Shown piece by piece: positions 50,085-62,160 of a DNA stretch of 64,000 nt. The stretch spans positions 17,298,001 through 17,362,000 of the forward strand of contig NC_135891.1 in the NCBI RefSeq assembly GCF_964194155.1. Direction: 5' to 3'. Within the stretch, counting starts at the first letter, position 1; every line of letters starts with the position of its first letter. Below the pieces are notes generated by a model. It made no database searches. It was given only the letters and a program-made list of their open reading frames with translations, and was not told where the DNA came from. The position numbers and the translations under genes were made by a program. Origin of the DNA: Cetorhinus maximus (lineage: Eukaryota).

Positions 50085-52080
50085 CATTCCCCCCAGTATT
50101 TACTTCCCATTTCTAATTGTCCTACAGAAGGTGGTAGTGAGCTATTTTCTCGAACCACTCCTGTCTGTTTGGTGATGGTACTCTCACAATACTATTAGGT
50201 GGGGAGTTCCAGAATTTTGACCCAGTGATGATGAGGAATGGTAATATATGGAAAAGTCAGGATTGTCACGATCCCCATAAAGACTGGAAGTTTGAATTTC
50301 TTTAAAAAAGTTATCAATGAATGACTGAAAGGATCACACAACAAGATTTTGAGTTTTAAGACTTTTACTGTAACAAACCAACTAAAAGCAAAATTCACTA
50401 AATACTATTTCAGTTGGCAACTTACACTCTAAATCATAGAAAAGATCCCTCCTTTAACTTTTACAATGATCAAAAATCCATCACCATGGTCATACTTTAC
50501 CTTGTTCCTTAAGTGGACACTTCACTCTCCAAGAACCAGTCCAAAGCTTCCCTTACCTTTTTTCTTTTCCAGCCAGGTAACTTCTATCCCAGAACTGACA
50601 TTCACAGTGAGGGATGAATTGGAGATCCCTCTCTCTAGCCAAGTTAGCTGCATCTCCCAGCTTTGTTTAAGCCCTCACGAACTTGGTCACATTAATTCAA
50701 GTGTGAGCTCCCACCTGCACACTGTGTGGTGAACAATAAAGACTTGCTGTCTCTATCTCTCTGCTCTCTCTCTCTCTCTCTCTCTCCTTCTCTTTCTCTT
50801 TCTCTCAGATTCTTGCAGACTGATCCTGTCTGTGAGATTCAGTGATATTTCAGGAAAACCTGCAGTCTGATCCTACAATGGCTTCCTTTGGACTCTTCCC
50901 CTCTCAAAGCCAATCTCTGTGGCAATGTGAATCACATGGGCCTTGTATCCAGGTAGGAATGCTAATTAGCTATCCTTTAGACCCCAAACTCCATTCTAGC
51001 TTGGAATTAAATTGACAGTTTAAAGTATAGAGTACCTGCCATTCCTAAATTGGCCTGTGACATGGGGGACTAACAGGCTATCCACTGTCAACACAGTGGA
51101 TCATTATTTACAGGTGTAAATATCTTGCACCTACTTCCCAATAAGACAACCTGGTCCCCCACTTTAACAAGCTTGTTGTCGGACGGAATTCAGAACAAGT
51201 CATATGGCCCCCTTCATTCCTCCATATTACCCTAAATTAAAGATACGTTCCTGATCTACAACAATCTTTTAAACCTCACATTTGTTACAGGATGCTGTAT
51301 GACTTTGAGGGGAACTTGAAGGTGATAATGTTCTTATGTGCATACTGCCCTTGCACTTCTGTATGGTAGAGATCGTGGGTTTGGGAGGTGTTGTCGAAAT
51401 AGGCTTGGCGAGTTACTACAGTTGTTATCTTTTAGTTATTACACAATGTAGCCATTATGTACTGGTGGTGGAGGGAGTGAATATTTAAGGTGGTTGATAG
51501 GGTACTGATCAAGGGGTTGCATTGCCATAGATGGTGTCGAGCTTCTTGAATGTTGCTAGAGCTGCAGGCAAGTGGAAATTAGTCCATCACACTCCTACTT
51601 GTGCCTTGTGGACAGGCTTTGGGGAATCAGTAGGTGAATCAGTCACGACAGAATGCACAGCCTCTGACCTGTTCTTGCAGCCTCAGTGTTTAGATGGCTG
51701 GTCCAGTTAAGTTTCTGGTCAATGGTAATTTCCAGGATGTTGCCAGTGGGGGATTCTTATGGGGAATCCCCCCATAAGTGGAGGATTCAACAATGGTAAT
51801 GCTATTGTACATCGAGGGAAGGTGATTAGATTATTTATTGTTGAAGATAGTCATTGCCTGGCAGTTGTGTGGCAAGAATATTACCTGCCACATATCAGCC
51901 CAAGCCTGAATGTTGTCGGGGTCTTGCTAGATGTGGGCATGGTCTGCTTCAGTATATGAGGAGTTGCGACTGATGCTGAACGCTGTGCAATCATCAGAGA
52001 GCATGTCTACTGCTGACCTTTTGATGAAGGGAAGTCATTGATGAAGCAGCTGAAGATGGTTGGGCCTAGGACACTGCCCT
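50085..52080 (-). mobile_element. CR1/L2-clade LINE (second family), interrupted by a solo LTR
   Basis: Reverse-complement similarity to 40225-40621; continuous across 50264-51289. Confidence 0.65.
50264..51289. mobile_element. Solo LTR (~1026 bp) with 4-bp TSD GGAT
   Basis: TGTCAC...GTTACA termini; GGAT at 50260-50263 and 51290-51293; contains (CT)n at ~50750-50806. Confidence 0.7.
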
Positions 52081-54783
52081 GAGTTTTTATTCATTTACGC
52101 TATCAAAACCCTTCAGGATTTTGCAAACCTCTATCAAATGTCTTCTTAACCTTTGCTGCTGTAAGGGGAAAAGCCCCAGTTTCTCACATCTCTCCACATA
52201 ACTAAAGTCTTTCATCCCTGGTGCCGTACTAGTAAATTTCCTCTGCACCTTCTAAAGCCTTGACATAGTGCCCAGTATTGGCCAGAGTGCTCCAGTTGAC
52301 GCCCAACCAATGTTTTCTAAAGATCCAGCAGAGCTTCCTTGTTTTGTGTTCTAAGTCTCTATTTGTAAAGCCAAGGATCCTTAATACCCTTTTAATTGTC
52401 TTCTCTACTTGTCCTGCACCTTCAAAGACTTGCTTACATATACCCCCAGGTCTATGTTATTATAGATTTTAAAGTATAGTTCAACAGGAGATATCTTGCC
52501 TACATGCAATATAGATGTGTTTTCCTTAAGATTTTCAGAAATGCCAGAGTAGTGATTCCTGTGAGACCAAAATTGAATTTCAAAAAAGCTAATCATCCTG
52601 ATCATCATTAAAACAATAATATAGAAGAGTTTTTTCTTTCTCTTACCCAATCAACAGATTCTTCAGCATGGGGTAAAAGTAGATACTTGAAAATAGGAAG
52701 CAATTACAACATCAAAATGTGGGACCACTCAGACATTCCCTATAATAACTAGCAGCACTCAGTGTTGTCTAATGTTGTGCCACCTTCCATTTGATGATGT
52801 ATTCCACAATGTATCCATCTGCATCTCTGCAGTGTTTGTCTAAGAGCCCCTTTAGAAGCCTGAGACATAATCTTATTTATTTGATGTAGTGCTCATGAGG
52901 CTTTATTCCCTCTACAAGATATTTATTTGTAGTGAGGAGTGGTGAAAAAATCAATCACTTGATGATTTGTTCCCACACTCTGGAAGATGTATCTCTTCAG
53001 TTGTTCTTTCTCTTTGTGCTCAGTGCAACAATCCAGCTGAGGTGCTAGACGTGAGTGTGGGACTGCAAATCAACACTGCCAGCACCATGACTTCAAATCA
53101 GAAACGGGCCTCTGGCACAGCTTTGGAGGTACTGCATACAGGTGAGAGCAGCACAATCTCGGGCATCAGAGACAACGTCTTTAGCGGGTACATCTGGTGA
53201 CTGGTTAGGATGCCCTGGGCTTTCTCCAATCCTCAGGGAATCATTCAGTCAGAATCTCCCCTTTTGACGTCATGTCTTAAATTATTCCTCGGTTAAATAT
53301 ATTCAAGAGGAATGTTATAATGCCGTAACTTCCCTTCCATGCTTTAACCTGGCTGCATCCCTGACCATGGCCCTTTCTTGGATTCTGCAATCATTAATAA
53401 TGATCAAGATGACTAAATGGCTTGAGGGCAGTGTGGAATTAATCACACTAGCATTAATTGGGCAGACACATCAAGGCAATTTGATATTCATCCACTATCC
53501 CACATCTTATATTGGTTCTATTAAATTGAAAGAATATCTTGGCATTAATCAGTTCCCTGCAGACCATAGAAACCAAGGTGCAGATTAAAGAAATTATTTA
53601 CAGTCTAGTTCTACTGATCCATTTTGGACGCCAGAAAAATCTTTTGCAAACTGGATCAGCTGGGGTACTTTTTTAGACCAACAGCTGAGCATCTGGATTC
53701 TGAGCTTTTCAATCTATAATAGCTGGACAGAAAACATTGTAAGGATAGAGGTGAAAGTTGAAATGGCATTTTTGTAGCACCATCCATCAGGAGTATAATT
53801 GTTCTGATAATAAGGCTGGCATGCCTCATATACAAATGGTTCTCTTTCCACTTTTCATTCCCCTATTCCAATCCAGGTTAGATGAGCAACATAACATATA
53901 TGTTGCCCTTCCCAAAGAGTTGTAATTAACTCCATTCTCTTAACTATGTTTTCTAATCATTGAAGATATTGGATCACTTTGAGTTTCAACTAAATTTGTT
54001 TGCCACATACTCCATTTATAGTTAAGTCAAGCATTGGATAATTCTATAATTAAATTTATGAAGAATTATGATTAACATCCTTTCAGATTTTTCTCTTTTA
54101 ATGTTTTTGTTTCAAACAATGAGTGTTGGAAGGGACTGACACATATTGATTGGAAGACTGTCTCCTCTGTACTGGTTGTATGGGTATTACATGATGTTAG
54201 TGTTGCTAGTATGGGAACTTGCAGTGTCACACTGGTGCAGCATAAGGCACTCTTCTAAGGCTAAGGAAAAAGTAACAAGGGAGCTTTACTATGTAGCTTG
54301 TCTGCATGATCCCCAATTTCAGAGTGCCTGATACTAATGATGAGAGAGTATTCCATTTCCCTGGTGCTCTAACCTGTTGTCTTGAAGAACCCAAAAATAT
54401 GCAAAGAAATTGAGCAGAATAAGTTGGTGAAGTTTTCGAACCTCAAAGGACAGAGAGCCAAATTAACTGAATGACATGATTGTCTGAGAACGCTCCTGAT
54501 TTTAATTTTTATTCATCTTGCTCAACTATTCCAAATCGGTTCCTTTGCCATCAAAAATAAACGGGAACATTTAAAGTATTCAGCAGGAAGACTGGAACAA
54601 AAGGAATTTTGATTTATATTTCTTCTTGTTTTTTTTCTCAAAGCACTGATGAGGTTTACTTTTAGCCAGAGGGTCTTGCTCTTATATAATCTAGAATTTC
54701 CTGCATGAAGTCAAGATTGGTATGCTTTTCTTTTATAATTCCCAAGCATTGTTAGCAAGAGGGATGATGGCAAGGACACTGGG

Positions 54784-57700
54784 TGCTTGGGTTTTGAAAT
54801 GCAATTATTACTAAGTTACCTGTTACCTGGCTTGCCATAGTCATGTGATCTCTGCCAAGAGGGACTGTCTGGGGGCAGTCATGATACATTATAAAGATTC
54901 TCACACAGAGACAGACACTGAGAAGCACTGCTGTCCTTAAACTTGAAACATGGTGTCAGGAAATGGAGATAAAACAGATTTTTGAAGTCTGGAACTGCTG
55001 TGGAAAAGACACAGCTCAGAAAGACATAAATCTGCAAAAAAGATGCTGAAAGGGAACTAAGAAAAGCAAACACATACCGAAGGCTGCAAGTAAATACTTG
55101 GTGAGTGAACGTGGCAAACTTTGTAAACTTTCCAATCGCAGCTCCAGTAGAAACGAAAGGTGATACAAAGCAGAATTGGCAGTTTTCCAGTTGCAATGGC
55201 ACAACTATGAGCTCGGAATAGAGTTACATAATAAGCCAGAATTGATGAGAGTAGCCACACTTCTCACACTGCTGGGGAGGGACTACTACAAAGTGTATAC
55301 CACTCCAAATCTAGCCGATGAACAAAGTAAACAGACGGCAGAGATTTTGAAAGCCTTGAACGAATGTTTTGAACCCCAAGTGTACATACTTATGAATGCT
55401 ATGCATTCAACACTAGAGCTCAAGGTGAAAACAAGTCCATTGAACAGTATGTGACTGCAGCAACACAGCTGGCAAAATCATGTGAATTCGGAGAGCTAAA
55501 AGATGACCTGATTAAAGATCGTATAGTCTTAGGCATACGAGACCCCGCAGTGAGAGGAAGTCTACTGAAAGAGGAACAAGTTATACTCAGGAAAATGATA
55601 GACATGTGTAGAAATGCAGAGCTTTTGAAATGTCAGTTAAAACACATGTAAAGCAGAACAGACCAGGATTTACATTATTCTGAGAGATATTCCAGGCTGA
55701 AAGAGCAGAGTAATTGCAGACAAAGAGCAGGATGCAGATACTGTGGATGACATCATAGAAAGGAAAAGAAGGATTGCCCAGCATGGGGAAACAGTGTTTT
55801 AACTGCACAAAGCCAAATCTTTTCGCACACAAGTGTTTGACTAGAAAGAAGCAAAACAAGCTCATACAGAAGGCCACTGGAGAGATATCAGCAGAAGAGC
55901 CTGATGAGGAACTGTACACGATACAACAGGTTGGTTCTGTCAAGTCGATAGGTGACAAATGGTTTGTGACTATTACAGTTATGATGCAGAGTGAGTGTAT
56001 CAAGCAAACAAGAGATGTCAGGTAGACACTGGTGCGTCTTGCAACATCATGACCTTCACAGACCTGTGCAAAGTGGCTCAACATGGTGATCAGAAAATGA
56101 AACCCTCGAAAGTAAGGTTGAGGCTCTATGATGGCACGATTTAGTCTGAGAGCCCAATACAATGGCAAGAAGGAAGATATTAGAGTTCCAGATCATAGAT
56201 GGGACACAACAGCCACTCATTTCAGCTGAAACAAATCTAAAGCTTAGACTGGTAACCCTGAACGTGCCAACAGAGATTCACAACATGTCACAGCACACAA
56301 AACCATTAACGTCAGACAGATCCTAGAGGAGCTTGTGAAATATCAGTTCAAACACATGTATAGCAAAACAAAGATGTGTTTACAGTGTTGGGACGTCTAC
56401 CAGGAGAATATCGACTCAAAGTAGATCAGTGTAAGACCAATTCAGCATCTGCCGAGAAGAGTTCCAGCTGTTCTCAAGTCAAGCCTAAAAGACCAGATGG
56501 AGGAGCTGGAAAAGAGGGGCGTGATCAAGAAAGTGACAACTCCTGCAGACTGGATTAGCAGCATGGTCACGGTGAAACAACATGGGAAGCTGTGAGTATG
56601 CTTAGATCCAAAGGGTCTAAATAAAGTGCTGAAGAGATCTCACTACCCATGCCAACCATCGAAGAAATTTTGCTGCAGCTTGCCAAGGCAAAGATCTTTA
56701 CTACCCCAGATGCGAAGGATGGTTACTGGCAAGTGAAGCTGGATGAAAGCAGCAGCTTTCTAATGACATTCTGGACACTGTTTGGGAGATACAAATGGTT
56801 GCGCTGCCGTTTGACATTTCCACGGCTCCAGAAGCGTATCAACGCAGATAATATGAGATAGTCAGTAATCTTCCCGGAGTGGAAGCCATATTGGATGATC
56901 TACTAGTCTATGGATGTGGGGGCACAATGGAAGAAGCCATGGTGGACCATGATCAGAATTTAATACAACTGCTAGAGAGAGCTTGTCAGATGAACCTGAA
57001 GCTGAACAAGAAAAGATTGCAACTGAAGATGCCTAAAGACAAACACATAGGTCATATACTGACAGCAAAAGGCCTTTGCCCAGATCCTGACAAAGTGAGA
57101 GCTGTAGCAGCTATGCTGCAACCAACAGATGTGAAAGCAGTGCAATGATTTGTTGGATTCATTAACTATTTAGCAAAAATTTTGCCTAATTTGTCACCAG
57201 AGCGTGAACCATTACGCAAGGAGGTACAGTGGTATTGGAAAACAAAACAAGAAATGGCATTCATTAAAATCAAATAACTAGTGATGGCAATGCCAGTGCT
57301 GAAGTACTATGATAGCAATGATGAAGTCACCTTGCAGTGTGATACCAGTGAGATAGATCTAGGAGCAACCCTACTGCAGCAAGGACAACCAGTTGCATTT
57401 GCATCCAGGGCACTATCACAAATAGAATGATACTATGCGAAATTGAGAAAGAGTGCCTGGCTATTGTTTCTGCATGAGTATTTTCATCAATACCTGCTTG
57501 GGCAAGACAAAGTAACAGTGGAGTCTGACCATAAGTCACTTCAAAGCATCTTTCACAAACCATTACTATCTGCTCCAAAGTGCTTGCAAAGAATGTTACT
57601 TCGTTTATCATCTGGACGTGACATACAAGCAAGGAAAACAGATGTGCATCACAGACATGCTGTCAAGAGCAGTGCACCCCCGAGAAGAAGGTTGAGCTAC

Positions 57701-59496
57701 AACAGAATGTGAAATTTTCCAGATTCGATGTGAAGCTCGACATGATCTGGAAGTCATCAACCCAGCAGAGACATTGAATCTGACAGACAAGCACCTTGCA
57801 CAAATCAAGCGAACCACCCAACACGGTGTGATTCTCCAAGCACTACAAGAAGTAGTGATGAAAGGATGGCCTGAGAGCATCAAGGACACACCTGTGATCA
57901 CAAGAGCATATTGGGCATGGAGAGATGAATTGACAGCCCAGGATGGCATCTTGTTCAAGGGAAATAATGTCATCATCCCTAAGGAGATGAGAGGAGAGAC
58001 GCTGAAGCACATCTGTGCGAGCCATCAATGAATTGAATTGATTCTGAGAAAGGCAAGAGGTGTGCTCTACTGGCCAAACATGAGCAATGAAATTAAAGAC
58101 CACATAGGCCAGTGCAGTGCGTGTAATAAGTACCAAGCTAAACAAGCTGGAGAGCCATTGATAACGCATGACATCCCAGACAGACCATGGATGAAGCTGG
58201 GCGTAGGCCTTTTCACTTTGGCAGGAACTGATTATCTTGTCACTATAGACTACTATTCTGACTACGGGGAGTTAAACCAGCTGACTTCATTGACGACGGG
58301 AGAAACAATAAAATGCTTAAAAACACACCTCATTCGTTATGGCACTCCAGACATTGTGATGAGTGACAATTGCCCTCAGTTCACAAGCAAATAATTCAGT
58401 TGACTTACAAAGAATTGGGAAATTCAACACTACACATGATTTCCACATATCCCCAGATGAATGGAAAGGCTAAGGCAGCAGTGAAAATCACCAAAAGAAT
58501 CATCAAGAAATCAAGCATATCTTGCACACACATATACGAAGCAATCCTTCAGTGGAGAAACACACCGACTGAAGGCATGGAAAGTAGTCCAGTCCAAAGA
58601 CTAATGTCATGGTGCACAGAAACTATACTTCCAATGGCAAAAAAGCTACTGAAACTAGAAGTAGTTACAGGCGTGGGTGAAAAAAATCAATGTAAAACAG
58701 CAGAAAGCCAAATTTCAGTTTCACAGGACTGCCAAATCATTACCAGAGCTGAGCATTGGAGAGCCGGTCAGGGTACAAGCCTTCAACGCTCTCAACAGGA
58801 GTCAGCTTATGTGGAAACATGGGACATGCGTAGAGAAATTGTCACCTCAATCGTACGTGGTGAAAGTGAATGACCAAATATACCGGTGTAACTGCAGGCA
58901 TATACGCACAACTAATGAAGCTGCTGCTCCAGAGCAATTGGCCGGTCAGGAAGAAGAGATCTCACCAGCTGTACTGTGTGCAGAACTATCATCAATCCCA
59001 GAGGTCCATGTGTCCCCAACAACTGCAATGGAACAACACAAGTTGCCATGGCATCAAGTACCACACGAATGACACTCTCTCCAGACAAGGAACATCACCC
59101 AGATGAATGGGCAATGACAACCCGCACATGTAGCATTAAGAGACCTGCACCATTTAAAGACTCTGTATGTACAGAGACTGACTGGTAGAACAAACAGTTG
59201 TTAATGCATGAGAACAGTGGTTGTATAGTGGGTAACTTGGGTAACTCACAGTTATACATCATCGTGCATGCAAATGTGTCCTTTGTTCACTAGGAAAAGG
59301 GGGATGTATGGATCTTTTGTTCGGTATAAAAAGGGGGTGGTTTGGGTTTTGAAATGCAATCATTACTAGGTCTACTACCTAGCTTGCCATAGTCATGTGA
59401 CTTCTGCTATAAGGGAATGTCTGGGGGCAGCTATGATACATTAAGTTCAATAAAGAACAGACACTGAGAAGCACTGCTGTCCTTAAACTTGAAACA
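54784..59496 (+). mobile_element. Full-length decayed Ty3/Gypsy LTR retrotransposon
   Basis: LTRs 54784-54950 and 59338-59496 (TG...CA); PBS TGGTGTCAGGA at 54951 (complementary to a tRNA-Leu 3' end); PPT before the 3' LTR; imperfect 5-bp TSD CTGGG/TTGGG. Confidence 0.93.
55110..58950 (+). pseudogene. Gypsy gag-pol remnants (gag, PR, RT, RNase H, IN)
   Basis: LIKDRIVLGI and zinc-knuckle remnant (gag); VDTGASCN (protease); MPTIEEIL, DAKDGYWQV, ILDDLL (RT); ESDHKSL (RNase H); YWPNM..C..C, SDNCPQF, PQMNG (integrase). Many stops and frameshifts. Confidence 0.9.
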
Positions 59497-59899
59497 TTGG
59501 GCACAATATGTGTGGCGATGTCAGTGGGATTTGGAGTTCTTTTGAGTAGAATTCTGTTCCAGGTGAAAAAACGGTGTGGTTTAGATCTCGATGGAGCCAT
59601 TATAGACACTTTTTTTGGAAGTATACGATTCTATATAGCAACCTACTGAAACTATTCATGGTCCCATGGAGCACCTCGACTTCTGGGTATTGCAGGTAAC
59701 CACTGAAACTGCCCTAATATGACAGGTTCAGTAGTTACTTCCAGAGTTGTAAACAATAACTTGAGTCATTCTCAGTGCCTCTGCTATCCTCGAATAGCAC
59801 GTGCGGATCTTTATATATATATAATTTTGCCTCAGTTTCTCCTTCCAACTTATTCCTTTTTCTCTCTGCGTCTTGTGAAAGCAGTTACTCAGTTTGCAT

Positions 59900-60123
59900 A
59901 AAAACAAAAAACTACTGTGGATGCTGGAAATCCAAAACAAAAACAGAATTACCTGGAAAAACTCAGCAGGTCTGGCAGCATCGGCGGAGAAGAAAAGAGT
60001 TGACGTTTCGAGTCCTCATGACCCTTCAGCAGAAGGGTCATGAGGACTCGAAACGTCAACTCTTTTCTTCTCCGCTGATGCTGCCAGACCTGCTGAGTTA
60101 TTCCAGGTAATTCTGTTTTTGTT
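59900..60123. mobile_element. Young palindromic (Penelope-like) insertion with 15-bp TSD
   Basis: TTACTCAGTTTGCAT at 59885-59899 and 60124-60138; 94-bp inverted arms (59934-60027 / 60032-60125) with 2 mismatches. Confidence 0.85.
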
Positions 60124-60408
60124 TTACTCAGTTTGCATGATGGTTTCATAATCACTGGCAGCTCTCTGTCTGCTATTTGATTCAAATGGATATTTTCGTG
60201 TGTGGGATTGGAATAATGAATGTGTCAGGCTATCTATTCATGCGGAATGCAACAAATCTTTTGCATTCACCCAATCTCTAGGCTAATGCTGTTGTGTCAT
60301 GAGGGTGAGAAAGATGGGGGGGGCGGGCGGGAATCTACCTGCTGATACTGTCCATTTAATGACCAATGACACAACATCGACATTTGCTCTTGTTCTGATC
60401 CACTTATG

Positions 60409-61077
60409 GGGCTGAATTTTCAGGGATCGGGTTCGGAGGAGGACAAGGCTGAAAGCTGGTATGTTGGTTCCCTGGCTCCAAGCTGCCTCCCATTTTTATG
60501 GAGGGGGAATCAAAACTGGCAGGGCTACCCAACCACACATGGTGGGTAGCTGATTAGGCTTGTTAACAGTCTAATTAGTACAATTAAAGGAGGCCGACTA
60601 GGATTTTCCAATCAGCCTCCATGTTCATGCACCAGAGGGGGTCAGTTTAGGTGACAGGAGGCGGCCAGCTGGTGGATTGCTGTCCCTGCTTGCCTGGGTA
60701 GGGAGCAGCTACAGCCCATCCTGTAGAGGGACTCTCCCCTCCCCCGAGCTTCTGAATCTTTTTTTTTAAACTAAAGATGAAAAAACATAGGAGAGACGGC
60801 GCCTCCATGTTGAAACACCCTCTCTGTTACTTACCTTCCATCGGAGCCTGTTACTCCTACTCCTCTCCAAAATGGAAGGCCTTTGATTGGTCTTCAAGGT
60901 ACAAGAACCTGTCTGCTGCCCTTAATTGGATATAGAGCTTGTTTCCATGCCAATTAATGGCACCCCATGAAAATCCTCATGACTGACTGTTCCCCACCCC
61001 TACCACCACCACAGGGCAGATTCAGGATCCAGAAATAATGACTTCTATTTCCCACTCCCAGTGGGAAAATCAAGCCC
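60409..61077. mobile_element. Harbinger-type MITE
   Basis: TIRs GGGCTGAATTTTC / GAAAATCAAGCCC. Confidence 0.7.
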
Positions 61078-61329
61078 TTTGTCTTTCCTTTCTTTCTCCT
61101 GTCGTTGTTAGCAGTTTTCCTATGAACCACAGATTATGTAAAGAGATTTTTTTGACTGTTTATCTCTTCTTTTATTTCAAACCTACACCAATTTGTAGTA
61201 AACAGTTGTAAGTTAAAGTTGCATTTAAATCTTTATTAAAGTTCTCTACTTCTTCAGTGTTTTAAAAAAAATTCTACTTTGACTTAGCCACTAATTTAAA
61301 TTTTCTCTCCCCAAGTCCCACCTCAGATC

Positions 61330-62160
61330 CTATTGGTTCTGGTTAGCCTCTAGGGTTATCATCAGGAAGGGAGGAGCTAAAGTAAACGTTGGTCCCTTAC
61401 AGCATGGGACTGAGGAATTAATAATGGAAAACGAGGAAATGGCAGAGACTTTTGAACAAATATTTTGTACCTGTTTCCACGGTAGAAGACACAAAATACA
61501 TCCCAAGAATAGAAGAAAAATCAAGGAGCAAAAGAGAGGGAGGAACTTTTTTTAAACTTGTTCATGGGATGTGGGTGTCGCTGGCTGGGCCAACATTTAT
61601 TGCCCATCCCTAATTGCCCTTGTTCAGAGGGCATTTGTCAACCACATTGCTGTGGGTTTGGAGTCTCATGTAGGCCAGACCAGTTAAGGATGGCAGATTT
61701 CCTTCCCTAAAGTACGTTAGTGAACCAGATGGCTTTTTATGAAAATCAGCAATGGTTTCATGGTCATCGTCAGACTTTTAATTCTAGATTTTTTTATTGA
61801 ATTCAAATTCCACCATCTGCTGTGGTGGGATTTGAACACAGGTCCCCAGGACATTACTCTGGGTCTCTGAATTAACAGTCTAGTGACAATATCACTATGC
61901 CACCACCTCCCCAACTTAAAACTATCACTATCACTAGAGAAAAAATACTAGGAAAACTGATGGAATTCAAGGCTGGCAAGTCCCCTGCACCCAATGGCCT
62001 GTATCCTAGGATCTTACAAGGAGTGACTGCAGAGATAGTGAATGCATTAGTTGTAATCTTACAAAATTCCCTAGAGTCTAGATTGGAAGACTGTAAATGT
62101 AACGCTTCTATTCAAGAAAGGAGAAAGACAGAAAACAGCCAGCTACAGGCCAGTTAGTCT
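61330..62160 (+). mobile_element. CR1 LINE ORF2 internal fragment interrupted by a SINE
   Basis: EMAETFEQIFCTCF-like segment and KSPAPNGLYPRILQ (CR1 KSPGPDGLHPRVL motif). Confidence 0.75.
61549..61912 (-). mobile_element. Full-length tRNA-derived SINE with LINE-like 3' tail
   Basis: Minus strand begins GGGGAGGTGGTGGCATAGTG (A box) ... GTTCAAATCCC (B box); tail GCAATTAGGGATGGGCAATAAATG is shared with the LINE end at ~30870-30900; AACTT on both flanks. Confidence 0.75.

Noticed and set aside
59934-60125. Possible miRNA precursor
   Set aside because: Multi-copy repeat family with a TSD; the stem is too long and perfect, and there is no expression evidence.
207-62157. Numerous other 60-130 aa ORFs in the track
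   Set aside because: No recognisable domains; expected by chance or antisense to repeats and exons.
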